From Girardia tigrina (lineage: Eukaryota): 64,000 bases of DNA. Every line of letters starts with the position of its first letter. Within the stretch, counting starts at the first letter, position 1. This document shows, piece by piece, positions 35,207 to 49,459 of this stretch. The notes beneath the pieces are model-generated. The model ran no database searches. It was not told where the DNA came from and was given only the letters and a program-made list of their open reading frames with translations. The stretch spans positions 1-64,000 of the forward strand of contig MQRK01233770.1 in the NCBI GenBank assembly GCA_001938485.1, read 5' to 3'. Both the position numbers and the translations under genes were made by a program.

Positions 35207-36378
35207 AATCTACAATAGACTGATCAGAACTAGGAATGATAACATCGCCTGGTAGTCTTCTGGAGGTACCGAATAGTATCTGCGATGGTGAAAGGCCAGA
35301 GTCGTTGATTTTGTTTCTAAGTCCCAATAGAACTAGGAGTAACGCATTTGTTGAGCCGGATCGAAGAGCTTCTTTGAGTGTCCGGTGTAGTCGTTCTATT
35401 TTACCGTTGCTTTGTGGGTGATATGGAAAATTGTAAGAAGGATCCATGGCTGATTTAAGTGTCTCCAAAATGTCAGGAGGTAGGCTGGTAAGAACATGGA
35501 AATATTTTGTCTTCTAACTGGAAATGTTTGCGAATTCAAATGCGGTTTCCACTTGAATGAACCAGTTAGCAATATTTTTGAAAAACGGAGGGATTCTGAC
35601 TTGAATGTGACTGGACTCAGCCACTTTTCTGACACCAGTGTAGTCACTTTGATCCATAATTAAAAATAATCTAAATAACGCTTTGTAACAAATGCTTATT
35701 TTTATGAAATTCTGTTTATTTAAACAAATATATATAATTTTAATTATTGCATTTTAATGCATTTTTAAAATTAAAGTATATTTGTCTGCTATTAAGATTT
35801 AGACATTAGGATTATGCTTACAACTAGGATTTGGAATTTTTATATAAAGTTGTGGGAAAGTGGAAAGATTATTGGGTTTTGAATTAACTGTTCCCTTTTG
35901 ATTTTCTTGTTGAAAATATTAGGAGGTTCGATATTTTTCCGTAGATTAATGAATGTAGGATCGATGTTATCCTGCACTATTCAATCACTTATGAATTAGC
36001 GATAATAAATGACTTATGAATGCGAATTTTTGAATTGAATCGTTTTCATGACTGTTAGATATTGTTCGATATAAACGTAATAATTCGACCTAACCAGTCT
36101 CGGTATTAAATTCGGTTCGCTTGGTCGCCGGGTCGACTGTTCCGCTCGTAGAGGGTTCGCTGCGGTACCGACCGGTGAAGACCGTAATTCTGCGGCGACG
36201 GTTTTCTTCGGTTCGATTGACGACGGCGATGATCGCTCGATGTTTTCGGACAAATGCCAATTTGATAGAATTTATTCGTCGTACAATATCGACGAATTCG
36301 AACGCCACTCGTGCAGTTTCGATATTGTTCCTTCGTCGGACAATTTCCGCGTGTTGGGATTGTCACTTGTGATCACCA
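35172..36378 (-). mobile_element. Gypsy LTR retrotransposon remnant (integrase core, GC-rich leader, putative PBS)
   Basis: PYHPQSNGKIERLHRTLK...VLLGLR...SPSQILFG integrase motif; PBS-like TGGTGATC on the reverse strand at 36371-36378 followed by a GC-rich leader. Confidence 0.75.
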
Positions 36379-38405
36379 TTATGGGAATTTATTCGGTTTG
36401 ATGACGAAAAATACGATGGATAATAACATAAAATTTTGGTTTTCTAAAAGATAAATCGATCAGGCATTTTTAAACATTTATTTAATTAAATTATTTAAAC
36501 AACTTCCTTTGTTTTTATGTACACATAATGAAATCATTTTTCAGTATTATCGAGAAATAAAAGTTTTTTACATGAAATTTATTTTTTTACATGTTAAAAT
36601 AAGTATATTTTTTGTTTTTTTGCAGTGAAATCTTGTGGTACACAACAATCACAAATGTAAATAAATTCAATACAGAGATTTTCTATTCTAAAATTTAATA
36701 TTTGTGAATCAATATCATCACTATAAGCTATATTGATTCCTTTTATATTTTAAATTAATTATTTACATAATATTCTTCCAGTCCCGAATTGCCCCGAGAA
36801 CCGGTCGGTTTTAGCAATCGCTAGGTTAAGTGAACATAAGGATGGGAGCTCAGTATCAGTGTGTTGGGTGCATTTATAAATGATATTGTTTATAGAGATC
36901 ATCCCACTAAATTTTTTATAAAGACTGGCGACACCGTCTGCGATCGAATTGACTGCGATCGGCAGTTTCGACTTCGAAAATATTATTTGTCACAAATTTG
37001 TATATTTCTTTCGACAATAGCCGACTTCTGACGGCAATCATCGTCATTTCAGAAAGGTCCATTTAAATCAATGAGATCTGAAATCCGAAATTCTTGTATT
37101 TACAAAAAAATATCAATAACTCAAAAAATATATTTGCTATAACAAAATTTCCACCAACTCAAATAAACAGAAAGATTCAATTAAACTATCATGCCGTTTT
37201 TTTCTTTTTCAAACAAAAATCGATCAGCAAAATTTAAGATAATGAAATTCATTTTTATACCATTAGATTTATTATTTTTTATAAAACCTTTTTTTTACAT
37301 CTAATATATCATTTTGTGTATGCATAAATTCAACAAGGAACGATAAAACGTTGTCACAGATTGTCATTTTTGAGGATGCTGAGAGTTGTTAAAAAATGAG
37401 AAATTTAAAGGAATCCAATTCATTTTTTTATAAATAATAATAATTAATCAAAATATTATAAAATTTAAAATTTTGAATTCCGAACAAACATAATGTTATA
37501 ATTATTAAAATGATATAATGATGTAAATAATATAAACGTAATAACATCTCGTTTATTAATGACACCTTGTTTGTATCATTGAATCATTTATTTTGTATAG
37601 AGTGTATTTTGAGAACAAGTTTTTTGTATTGTATACCATTTATGGTTATTATTCATGAGAATGTATAAATCAAAGAGTTGTCGTATCGCTTTCTATCAGT
37701 CATTGTCGCTGTATTTTTAACATTTGGAATTTTTTATTGTTGTTATTTTTTTGTTTAACAAATAAAAATTTTGTTCAACAAAATTAAATTAAAGAAAGAC
37801 TGAAAAAAACGAAAAAGAAAAATACCCCCTCCCCCCGCGCATGAAACAATAATTATAAATATAAAAATTTAAAAATATCGATTGACAACGAACCGTTTTA
37901 ATTTGGAAATATCGTCATAGTTAATGAATATTTGGATTTATTATAATTATACATTGCCAAATACATATACAATTTGTTCCACAGTAATTTGTATCAAAGA
38001 AGGGAAAATATTTGGATATATATATCCGACAAATAACAGAAATTAAAATTGGGAATTTCGTCAAGGATATTATTGTTGGATTGTCGTATTAATTCCGTAT
38101 ATAAAGAAACAAAACGAACAAAATCAACCGTTAAATTTATCGAAAATAATCCGAATGATAAAGTTGATCAAGTCTCCAATTACTTCTTCGGTCGTCGATC
38201 AAACAAATAAGAAACAAAATTGCATCCAAATCCTACAACACTGAAAAGTGACATTCATTATTTTGTTTACCACTTTTATAAATAATAACATCATTTCTAC
38301 ACAGTTATTTTTTTATTTATTAGCCTTACGATCAAGCATTCCATAAATTAACGGTCGGTTTATTAGACCAGATTTATAAAAAATAAAATTTAAAAAAATG
38401 ATAAA

Positions 38406-40702
38406 TGTTGCGGTACGAAATTCATTAACTTAGACCTATATAACCCCTTACAAAACATTGACAAAAAACACATAACAGAAAGAGAGGAAAAATAAAAAAA
38501 CAATAGTGTATAATACATGTGTTTAAGTATTCATAACAGCGGCACAGCAGAATAGAGCGGCTCCTCTCCTCGTATATTCATGATAACGACCCACCAGAAG
38601 GTCCCAGTAATTTGAGAAAGTCATCAGTCTTAGAAAATTACCGGATCAATTAAATACGAACCCGAAAAATAACAAAGTTCTTTACCGAGCTCCCCGAAAG
38701 ACTTATGAGGTCAACCAACCCTTTCCAGAAAGCTCTCAATGAACCAAGTCCCTGATCGAAATCTGCGAGATCATATCACCTTCCCGGAAAAAGTTATCAG
38801 ACCTTGAAATATGATGAAAAGATAATTAAAATAAAAGAATTATTTAAAAAACTTACATGAGTCAGTCACAACTCAAAAATAAACGTCAGGCGATGAATCC
38901 GCATGAATCACTATGAATCAGCAGGTACCTGATTACAACACACATTTACGAAATCCTATAATAAATCAAAATCTCACTTTTAAAATCATGGACACACCGA
39001 CACGTGCACCCCAGAAATGCCGGCAACTGACCAACCATTATCGAGAAAGTTGTTTAATTACTCGTTGGCAGATTGCGATTGGATGAGGTATAACGGCAGG
39101 ACATCAAATCCATACTATAAAAATCACAGACAATTCTAGAATAACAGAAAAATTTAGAGAACACATTTCAACACAACACAATCAATCTAAGGCAACGTAC
39201 AACAAAAGAACCAAAACAAGAAAACAAAATTAGCAGTGTCAACGAGATATCCACTCTTAACAAGAGACAAGACAACAATAGCGAGAATTACCCGAGGCAT
39301 CGGACGAGTAGTATCAGACGACGATAGCAGCGAGATAAGATCCGAATTCCGAGACAGATACTGCAACCCACTGTCGTATCGATAGGCGAAGCAGAGAACC
39401 ACGATAAATTCTGCACCGTACCATTGCTTTCCGGATCCGAATTGTATAATTAATGACGTAATCATTTTGTTATATTCTGATTATCATTTTGATTATTTAA
39501 CCTGAATATATGTTTACTCTAATAATGACTTTCTTGTTAACTAATTATATTTAACTGTTGAATTCCTATTTTATTTGACGTTAAGCTAAGGAGGAGTAAA
39601 GGCAATCCCGTCGTTGTTGAAATCGTTCTTGAATAAGATGAATTCCAATTGTTGTAGATTGACCGATATAAACCCAATGAATTACTTTATAATGCCAGTC
39701 GAACAGAGAACAATTAAAGGAGATGTGGTTGCTAAAAATAGAACCCGATCGATTAGAAATTTCGCAGAGAGCTGCGCCGTCGCACGAGCCAATAGATTTC
39801 GAGGAGTGTCTTGACAGAGTTAGAGAGATATTTTAGACAGAGATAAAACGATTAAATTGAATGAGACGATCGGTATGAATTAACAATGTGAATTAATTTA
39901 GCGTGAATTTGTAAATACGATAGATAATAAAGCCTGTGGATCGGATGTTGGTATAGCTCTTAATTTGATAAAATTACAGTGAGAATTTAGTAACTCGCAA
40001 TATTAATTTGGTAAAGACCTTGATGATGATATGACAAAATTGCGATAATAATCTGATAAAATTAGGGTAGTAATTCATTAAAAATCTGTTAATAATTTGT
40101 TACAAGGCGACAACAATTTCTTGATAATATAATTGTGATTCAGAGATAATTTGATAATCGTATGATAAATAAGATGATGATAATTAATTGATGTGATTAT
40201 ATTCATCAGATTGCAGAATGATGTGCGCTTTAACAATGATCAACAAGTAACAGGATAAAGTGATAACGATATATGACGATACATATTATTCATATTGATT
40301 AGACGATTTTAGACACGTCGTAGTACAACAGTGCCGTAAGTCACATATATTACACAACATTGCCACAAGTTTGTCGAGACACATTACACTACAATACATG
40401 AAGTCGGATTCGTAAAATAACTGTAACTCAGATGAATTAGCCATACACATATGCAGAGGTACATATTACATAATCACCCCCGAACGATACTGAGTTAGGC
40501 AGGGGGCCCATAGCTCATCCTGTCATTAACCGAACCCGCAGGCCCTCTGAGCTTGACACTGCTAGTCAGATGTCAGGTAAGGGGAGGCGTCCGACCCTGT
40601 TACACAACAATGTTTAAAATTAGAGTAAAACCAGAGTGGGTTTTAAAATCACTGGGGGCTCTTTAGCTTACAAAAATGTTTGAACTCGAGAGGGTCGTGA
40701 CA
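38406..40702. mobile_element. Probable LTR-retroelement-derived block
   Basis: TGTTGCG...CGTGACA outer termini with TAAA on both sides; internal LTR-end-like TGTTACA at about 40603; higher GC than flanks; no recognisable protein motif. Confidence 0.35.
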
Positions 40703-41398
40703 TAAAATAATCTATATTAAAAATCAATGTATCTATTGAGATCCAAAATAGAATTTACAAATTAAAAAATCTACAAATCAACAGAAACTCACTGTACCTA
40801 TTTTGTCTAACAATCAACGACGAAAGTAATGTATTAATTGGCTGGTTCTATCTCCTCATTACTTTCATTTCATTTCGTTCGCGTTATTTGTGATCAATAA
40901 CTTGACATATTTCTTTTATCTGAGTTAATTTGTTGATATCATTTGAATATATTTAAAATTCTGTTTTATCTATTTGATATATAATAAAAGAGGCTCATAT
41001 AGAAAGATTATCAACTAGTCACTAGTTAGCCTTTTCTATATTTATAATAAATGTTCTCCGGTTTTGTTTATTACAATATTTTATCGAATATTCATTGTAG
41101 TGACTCGCATTATCGTATTCACATTTCATTTATTCCATTTTGTCCATCTGCATTTAAATATCTACTGTTAGTCGCGTTTATGCCATTTTCATTATCAGCA
41201 AGTTCACAATTAATATTCAACACAAAATTTATTAATACAACGAACATCGATTTTCAAACTAAATCTTTGATTAATTTCATTTAAATTTTATCTATTTTAT
41301 TCGATTACATTTTTTGAAATTTTTATTTCATCAAACTTTTTATTTATTTATAAAATTTATTTAAATTCTAATTTCTTTCAAATTATTTTGTAAAACTA

Positions 41399-41700
41399 CA
41401 AGGCGCCCAGTAGAAAACCAAAGGATTTTGTGAAACCAAAGTGTATTTAATTAAACACATGATAAAAGTAAACAATTGTATTTACATAAATAAGATTTCT
41501 GTTCAGAGGTGTTCAAAATGTCCTCCGTCATTGTTGCAACACTGTAGAAGATGTGAAATCCAGGAAACTGGCCTTCTATGTCAATGTTCTTCAATGCGAG
41601 TAGTAAAGCACTTTTAAGCTCATCAACCGTGTTAATATCTCTGCGTACTGTTTGTAAGTGTTGAAGAAGATATCTTCGGAATAGTCAAACTTTTATCCAT
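41399..41700 (-). mobile_element. Tc1-like element, 3' fragment
   Basis: TA|CAAGGCGCCC terminus; the reverse strand encodes ...LLQCCNNDGGHFEHL*, a typical transposase C-terminal GGHFE motif. Confidence 0.65.
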
Positions 41701-42261
41701 CCAAGGCTACTTATTTTGTCAAATATAGTCCGCGGGCAACTATGAATAACGCTTCCAAATATAGGAATTTTAAAATCTTGCATAGATAAATCATTAACAA
41801 AAATTTTAATTATAAAATATTATTGCGTATAAAGAAAAAATAATTCTTGGGATAAATTTCAAATTGTAAAATGTCAGTAATTCCAAATATACAAAAATTC
41901 GAATTGTTGAAAAATTACTGTTAATTAATTCTGTTCGCTCTCTCAGGGTCGAAATTTGTAGGATTTAAAACCTCTTTTGAATAAACGAATTGGCAATGCT
42001 CTCGATGCGATTTAATTTAATCGATTACATTTAGTATCTTGAATTTTTAATTTTGAACGATATTTTTATAATATTTTTGCACGAGCTTGATTAAATGGAA
42101 AATCAGATTGATATAATTCTTTTTTTTTGAAACTGAGTTTTTTTAATTTAAGTGTCGAAATTATTAATGTTGTTTTAATTGAATAAATATAAAATGATAT
42201 TTGCACGCGAATTTGGATTTTGTTTATATATACTCATCGTAATTACTATTAGAATAAGCGA

Positions 42262-42705
42262 TTTGGTTGTTTTTTGTTGAAAAAATCGATTGTGAAAAAG
42301 CGTTATTATGCCAGTAATCAGAAATATTTACGAAATGCACCGTGTTCTGATTTCATTCACCCATGGTGTGATAATTGCCTGGAAACGTTTTGGGTGATAT
42401 GGAAAATCGGTTTTAAGAAGTCGATAAAAGTTTATGTAGCATTTTATACGCTCACTTCTCTTTTGTCAAAGCGCCAATTGAATTATTACGTTTCTCAATT
42501 TCCAGTGGATATTTTTCGATCATCAATATTTCTTTTACTCAATGGAGCTTTATTTTCCACTTTGATTTGCGTTTTTAGATTTTTTTTGTGAAATTTAACA
42601 GTCCTATCGATTGCGTATGTGCCGTCATTTATTGCGTCGTTTTTGTCCGTGTCTTTTGACAGAAAATCCAAGCGAAAATAACTTGCAGTTTATATGATAA
42701 ATATT
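42262..42705 (+). pseudogene. TMEM135: TMEM135-like N-terminal region, intronless, two in-frame stops
   Basis: C...HPW...C...SIKVYVAFY....LSKRQLNYY...DIFRSSIFLLLNGALF...CVFRFFL*N...ASFLSVSFDRKSKRK*LAVYMINI parallels TMEM135 (CYEIGHTW..SC, SLKIYAPLY, QSASFLTANGALY, IERKSRRGLLTIYMAN). Stops at 42589-42591 and 42679-42681; no in-frame ATG. Confidence 0.85.
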
Positions 42706-43029
42706 GATTCAGGATTTACAAATTGTGATAGTGAATTAAAGAATCTCGGATTGGAATTGAGAGAGAGCGATGAAAGGGTACAATAATCGATCGATATTGG
42801 TACAATAATCGATCAGAGATGCTTGAGATATTTGTGTAAGTCGATATTAACGCGGTGTGAGTGTTGGGGCGCAATCACTCGTGATGGTCAATCGGTGTGT
42901 GATAATTATCTGAATGAGTTAATGAATTAATCATTGTGTTTTAATTGCATTGTAAGAATACATAGCTACTCTTAAAATTACTTCAATATGCTTATCATAT
43001 CTATTTTTTGTTTTATTTTTACATTTTAG

Positions 43030-44130
43030 TTACAGATTCAGTTGATGTAAATGTTCTGTAACATCAAAGAAAAAGCAAAATCAAGAAGCCATTCTTGATC
43101 ATTTAATTGTGGAAATGAATCACCTTTGGTCTTTAAATATGGGCATATTTGTGGTAAAAGTTCTCTAAATCTTCTTAAACATTTAGCACGACCTAAACAT
43201 CTTACGTCAGTTTGAAGTAAAAATTCACTGTGTTCATCTTCACATTCTTTAAGCAAGGCTCGAAACTGACGTCGTGAAAAACTTTTTGATCTTATGGAGT
43301 TTACTATTTTGATTTCAACATTCATGACGTGATCGAATTTCAATACTTTTTAACACATCACTTGAGTATGTATAATACAATGATAATCCATAAAATTTGG
43401 TATGCTATCATCAGCTTTACACAAAGCGACAAAACCACTTTTTGTACCGATCATTACGGGAGCTCCATCACTGGTTATTGATATCAACTTACAAATCTGA
43501 AAATTTGTACACAAAACAGACATTTTAAACAAATCGAAGATATACTGACATTTTGATCGTTCATTAATTGGAATAATAGTTGATAATTCTTCAGTGGTAT
43601 CATACCATCGAAAACCATGAGAATAAAAACACATAATTGTGCAGTGCCGATATAATCCGCAGATTCGTCAAATTATAGTAATAACATAATGTATTTATTA
43701 ATATTTTTAGGTAAAATATATTCCAGGTTTTTGCTAATTTCTTCTGATATACGCATAACTGTATTTCGTGATAACGAGATATTTTTAATGGATGCCATTA
43801 TTTCCAATTTATTTTTAAAAATTTGAAACAATACCTCTCCAGCTTTGATAAAAGTCTCTTTCCATACTTCCCTATCTTGAAAGGGTTTATTATGTCTAGT
43901 TAGAGCATCAGTGACTTTGAATGAGGCTATTGTAGAAGTCTTTGAGTTCGTTCGGTATCTGAATAAACTATTAAATCACACCGTAAATTCAATTAACTTA
44001 ATAATAATCATAATTGTGCCTTGAGTTTTTGAACTTTGACCTTTCTTAACGCAGCACCACGTGCATAATCAGCTTCATATTTTTATGAACTGTTAGAAAA
44101 TGTCTTTTAACGTTTGCTTACTTAGTTATA
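43030..44130 (-). mobile_element. hAT (GTF2IRD2/SPIN-like) transposase remnant
   Basis: SITSDGAPVMIG.KSGFV, YHCIIH, RQFRALL.E and VRCLGR (from VRWLSRG) with many disruptions. Confidence 0.85.
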
Positions 44131-45559
44131 GCTACTTTTACATTATAAATAATACAGACACACTTGTCTTCTCTCATAGTAAAGAAGTAGTCTTCTTCCC
44201 ATTTACTGTGATAATGACAAGTTTTTTTATGTTTTTTTCTGGCTGTTCTTGGTATATTCATTCAAAAATAATAAGGTTAATGTTAATACAGGATTAGTAA
44301 TAAATTCTTGAAATAATTATTAATAAATTATCGGAATAATTTTTAATAAATAATTAATAAATTTATATTCTGAAATAACAAAATTTATATCCTGGAATAA
44401 AAAATTGATATTTTAGAATAATAATAAAACATTTTTCCATTAATTCGATTAGTACATGAACTAACTATTAATTACGGATCACTTCACGAAGATAGAAAAA
44501 ATAAAATAATTATACAAAAAAATTTTAAATTGATTTTTTAAAATTAAAATGATTTTGACTATGATTTGAAAAATCTTATCTAGTAGTAAATTAAAGTGAA
44601 ATAATACTGTAAAAATAGTGATTTTGAGAATCTACCAAACTCACTATTTTTACTATAAAGAAAAAGTAATACGCAAACTAAAAAAATAATAAAATTATGA
44701 ATAAATGATTGACCAAGCTGATCAAACTATGTCGGGCAATATGCCGTTTGTTTAACTTGCTCAAATGTCGTGATAATACAACTTATGGATGATAACGTTA
44801 TGATTATAAGTAAATAACAAGTCAAAAATGTCAACCAAACGAATTTTAATAAAGAAAAATAACCGTTCTTACACCACGTATTTGAGAAAATGTAATTAGA
44901 GAATCGGAACAAATGTCAATCGAGATTAAATTTTGTCAAAAATGTTTGTTGGAATCGGTTATTAGTAGTTATTCGGTAAATAAGCAAATATGAATGTTTT
45001 GATGGGAATCCGTCAAATACGAAGTTGGTATTTAGTAATTTGCGTTACCACTATTATAAACAGAATTTCAGTTAATATTAAAAATATTTCTGATTCTGTC
45101 AATCAATAATTTCATTTTTTGAATTCAAAATTCAAAATTTGTCATTATATAATTAAAATTCCAACTTGACATTATATAATTAATCCACTTCTTTTTTTCT
45201 TTTTCTTCATAGAATACCTTTTTTTTTAACCAAAAGTCTTTCTTTTTCTTTTAATTTCTTTCCTTTTTATACAATTGATTCACAAGACAAATTAATCATA
45301 TATAAAAAAAATAAAACACGAGAAATCACTCACCACACCAAAAAATTAACACCCGCGAAGGACAGTTACAAAAAAATATGATACAAGTCAAAATAAAAAA
45401 GATTAATGAAACGAATACACAAAAGAAAAGCGAATTGATGTCAGAAGACTATCACCCTACACTGAGGTCATCACAATAGTCCACGCCTGATGACAAATGG
45501 AGAGCTACTTAATGTCATGTGTGTTTATGTTTATGATTTTGATAAAGGTGTTGGTTGAA

Positions 45560-46446
45560 ACATTTTTTATTTACCGCCAGTGGTCATCACAAATACAATC
45601 AGGTCTTTTCAGTCGTATTGCCTAATTTACGTGGTGAACTGGACAATTTATTGTTCCTTGTTGACCATGAAATTCTTTTCGAATATTTCCCAGTGCACCA
45701 TGCTCTCCAAGTCCCACGAAACACATCAGGATCTTCTTTGGATGAAGGCCAGACTTGATTCTCGGCTTTGGCGTATCTGCTGGAGCTACCCACTCCTTTC
45801 TTTGCTTCATATTGATGTATATGCACCATTTTTCATCTCCCAATACGATTCAGTACAAAAAAACGTTGTTTATGTCCGCATGTTGTTCGATATCGGGCCA
45901 GATGCTGAGAAGCAATTTAGTTTTTTTCGTTGAGGTCGAGAGGCACTCAGGATCCAATTTTTCAGTAAATCCCATAGAATCGTTTTATGGTCGCACTTCA
46001 TTTTTTTCGCCAATTCACGACTGGTTTGGCGACCCTTTTACTTCAAAAGTGATTTGAGACGTTCTTCATCGAATTCAGAAGGTCTTCCGCTGCGGGACTT
46101 GTCATCGACGTCAAAGCAGTTATTTTTTTTCAAACCAATTCTGGGCTTTAGTTTATGACACCTTCATACACGTCGCAAATGTCCCGGGTTGCTTCGGAAG
46201 CTTTTAGACCTTGATGAAAAGCAAAGAAAAGCAGGTGTCGGAAATGGTGATATTTACCTTCTGATTATTTCATTTCTAAGCCTCAAAACTAATAAAAAAA
46301 TAAATAACTCAAAAATACAATAAACATAGCTTTGTAGAGCAGAAAGAGTTCTATCGAATGAATACTTACAGTTTGCCAAATAGCAAACTAATCGTTGTAA
46401 AATAAAAGAAAATATAAAAACGCTACGAACTTATTCCCAAACCTAA
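45560..46446 (-). mobile_element. 3'-truncated mariner element
   Basis: Reverse-strand TIR TA|TTAGGTTTGGGAATAAGTTCGTAGCGTTTT; HFRHLLFFAFHQG N-terminus, GDEKW, and HPKK.L motifs. Confidence 0.9.
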
Positions 46447-46911
46447 TATATATATATATATATATACTTAAAAAATAGTGTTATTTCTCTCTTTGTTTAA
46501 TTCATAATCCTTCTTTTATACTTTTGGATGAGACGTGTACTTTATCTCATTACAAATTCGTAAACTTCAATCAAACGACAATGTAGTTTGAATTACAAAT
46601 TCATTGACCCAATCATCATGCATTAACAATTCGGATTGGACTCAATAGCGCACACTCACATACACACCGACATACATTTGCACAAGTACTCGACAGTAAC
46701 CAATTGATTATCGTTATTTGAATTGAAATGTGAACAAAGCTTTTCAATTTAACAATGGTCTTTGTTTGAAATTTTTTTTCAGTCTCCTTAAAAAATTAAT
46801 TTTACGTTTTAAATATTGAAGTTTATTGTATTTATTTAATAACTATTTTTTGAATTGTTTTTAGTAAGTGATGTAAAAATATTTCAATTTAAAAGTAATC
46901 AAAGTTATATA

Positions 46912-48193
46912 TTGGGTTGACCAAAAAGTCATTGCGTTTTTTACTAAAATATTTATTATCAAAAAATAACATGGATGTACAAATATTTTTACACGATATA
47001 CTGTCCATTATTTTCAATCACTTTCTTCCACCTTTCCGGTAGCTTCATTATTCCTGATTCATAAAAACCTTTGTCTTTGTCAGCATAAAAAGCCGTCTAG
47101 GAACGATTTGATGTCATCATCACTGGCGAATGTTTTTCTGTTTAAGGAATTCTGCAGTGATCTAAATAAGTGAAGATCCGATGGGGCAAAATCTGGAGAA
47201 TACGGTGGGTGCGGCAAAACCTCCCAACCCAATGACAAGAGTTTCTGGCGAGTGGTCAAACTTGTATGCGGTGTTGCGTTATCATGCTGAATTATTACTG
47301 CTTTTCGATTTGCCAATTCAGGACGTTCCTGTTGAATTGAATGAGTTAATTTCTCCAGCTGACCACAATATCTGTCTGAATTGATGGTTTCATTCCTCGG
47401 AAGGAGTTCAAAAAACACGATTCCTTTAAAATCTCACCAAACGGAAAGCATAACATTCTTTTGATGAATTTCTGCTTTTGGGATCTTTTTGGCAGGCTCA
47501 CCACGTTTTTTCCATGATCATCGGCGTTCCATATTGTTGTAAACAATCCATTTTTCGTCATCCGTAATCAAGCGCTTCAAAAATGGATTACTTTGTTCTC
47601 GCTTCGAAAGGGAATCGCAAATGTCTATAGGTTTCACCAAATGAATTTCTTTCAGTTCATGTGGTAACCACAAATCAAGTTTACTGACGAATCCAAGTTT
47701 CTTTAAATGACTTCCAACACTTGATTTTGATATTTCCAGTCTCTGAAACTTCTCTTGTCGCCATATATGGATTAGATTTGATCAGTGATGTTATTTTGTC
47801 TCCATAAACTTCAACTGGTCGACCGGAGCGTGGTGCATCTTTCAGATGACATTTTTCAGAACGAAATTTAGAAAACCAGTATTGACACTGTCGAAGTTTT
47901 AAGGAGTTACTACCATATACAAAACATATCTTCTTATGAGCTTGCACAGCGGTTTTCCCTTTGCGAAAATAATGCAACAAAACATGACATATATGCTCAT
48001 TTTGATTTTCCATTTCGAATTGACGGTAAAGTAATGAATTAAAACAAAATCAATTAATATTTTGTATAAACATAGTCTGAAAATTAAGGTTTCAGAATAT
48101 ATAATTGAATTTAAATTTTATCACATCGTTTTATATTTTCAAGCTTATTATTAGGACGTACTAAAAAACGCAATGACTTTTTGGCCAACCTAA
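46912..48193 (-). mobile_element. Full-length mariner (mellifera-subfamily-like) with a disrupted transposase
   Basis: TIRs TT(G/A)GGTTG(A/G)CCAAAAAGTCATTGCGTTTTT, TA TSDs, 1282 bp; MENQNEHICHVLLHYFRKG, HDNATPH and YSPDFAPSD motifs. Confidence 0.95.
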
Positions 48194-48599
48194 TATATTG
48201 TTTTTTGATTTTTTTATAATTAAAATTTACGAAAAAAAATTGATTCTTCAATCAAGTGCCGAATAAGACTCTTATTTCGTCTACTGATTTGTATAATATA
48301 TTTTTACAACGGATTTTCGTTTTCTTGAGATTTAAAAAAATGATGAAATGTAAATATTGATAGTTTTTTTTATAGTAGTTTAATTTATTTTTGTAATGAT
48401 ATTTTGATTTTATATTTTGTTATTTAACATTTTTTTCTAAATATTTGAACTGTCTATTCTTTTACTCATATTTGTAATGATTATTTATATACGTTATATT
48501 TATACTAATCATTATTTATTATATAATAAAAACGTAAACATTTCTATTTACGTTTAATAGTTATAACAAAAATAATTTTATTTTTCCTTTCTCAACAAA

Positions 48600-49065
48600 A
48601 GAAGCCGCTTTTTTGAAGTAGTTTTATTTATTCGAAGCAGTTAGAGATCGTCATCTCCTTGACCATTTCCCAGGCCTTCGCAATCATAAGCATTGTATCC
48701 AAAATTGTAATTTGTCGAGACACATCTGCAACGGCCTTGTTGACATTGGCATCGATACACTGCACTAGGCGTATATTTACTAGCTGGCGATAATTATGAT
48801 TTAGGCTTTTAATGACGCCCTGGTCCATGGGTTAAATAAGGGACGTGGTATTTGCAGACAAAAATTCCAGTTTGATGAACTGTAAGTCACTGATATGGGG
48901 ATGTGAAGGGGCATTATCGATGAGTAGCAAAATGTGACGCTTCTATTGAGCTAAAGAGCGATCCCATTCGTGGAACCCATTGCAGAATATCGCACTGGTT
49001 ATCGAAGCCGACCCGTTATTAGCATATGAAATAGGCAGCGCTTCCATTTTAACGTTTTCGCAGAC
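48600..49065 (-). mobile_element. Tigger/pogo DDE transposase fragment
   Basis: ILLLIDNAPSHP...FLSANTTSLI*PMDQGVIKSL...YR...AW..V...TISNCF. Confidence 0.85.
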
Positions 49066-49459
49066 ATCGTGGCTGCTGTGACTTTCCAGGTCACGTTGAT
49101 TCATTTCTGGAGTTGCTACTCTCCACTTTTACAATACAGAAATCTTCTTAGAGAGAGTAAGCGCACGCTGTTTATTCTCGAGGAAACTGCTGATAAAAAA
49201 TGGCTGACAGTTACAAAACCTTGCAATGACTTGCCTGGTTTGGTAATTATATTAATTAATTTAATTTTTTCCTGTATGATAATGATTATTTTCGATAATA
49301 GAGTTCTTCATTTGGTCTAAAAAAGAACATAATCGCCTATTAATTTCCTTAAACATTAATTTCTTATTATCGAAATCAAATTTAATTATCATAAATATGG
49401 CGTTAGTAAAGAAATCAATTAAGAGTTTAGTTGACTTAAACAAATTTTTACCACGTTTT

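Noticed and set aside
36014-36372. Overlapping ORFs in a GC-rich patch
   Set aside because: Stop-poor because of GC content; position just downstream of a PBS-like site indicates a retroelement leader.
36780-36875. 5S rRNA or SINE3-like motif (GGTTAAG...GGATGGGAG); a weaker one near 13600-13640
   Set aside because: Box spacing is wrong and the rest does not align to 5S rRNA.
42589-42681. Alternative genetic code explaining the in-frame stops in TMEM135
   Set aside because: Two different stop codons at different residue types, a missing ATG, and TGA used as the VDAC terminator all favour pseudogenisation.
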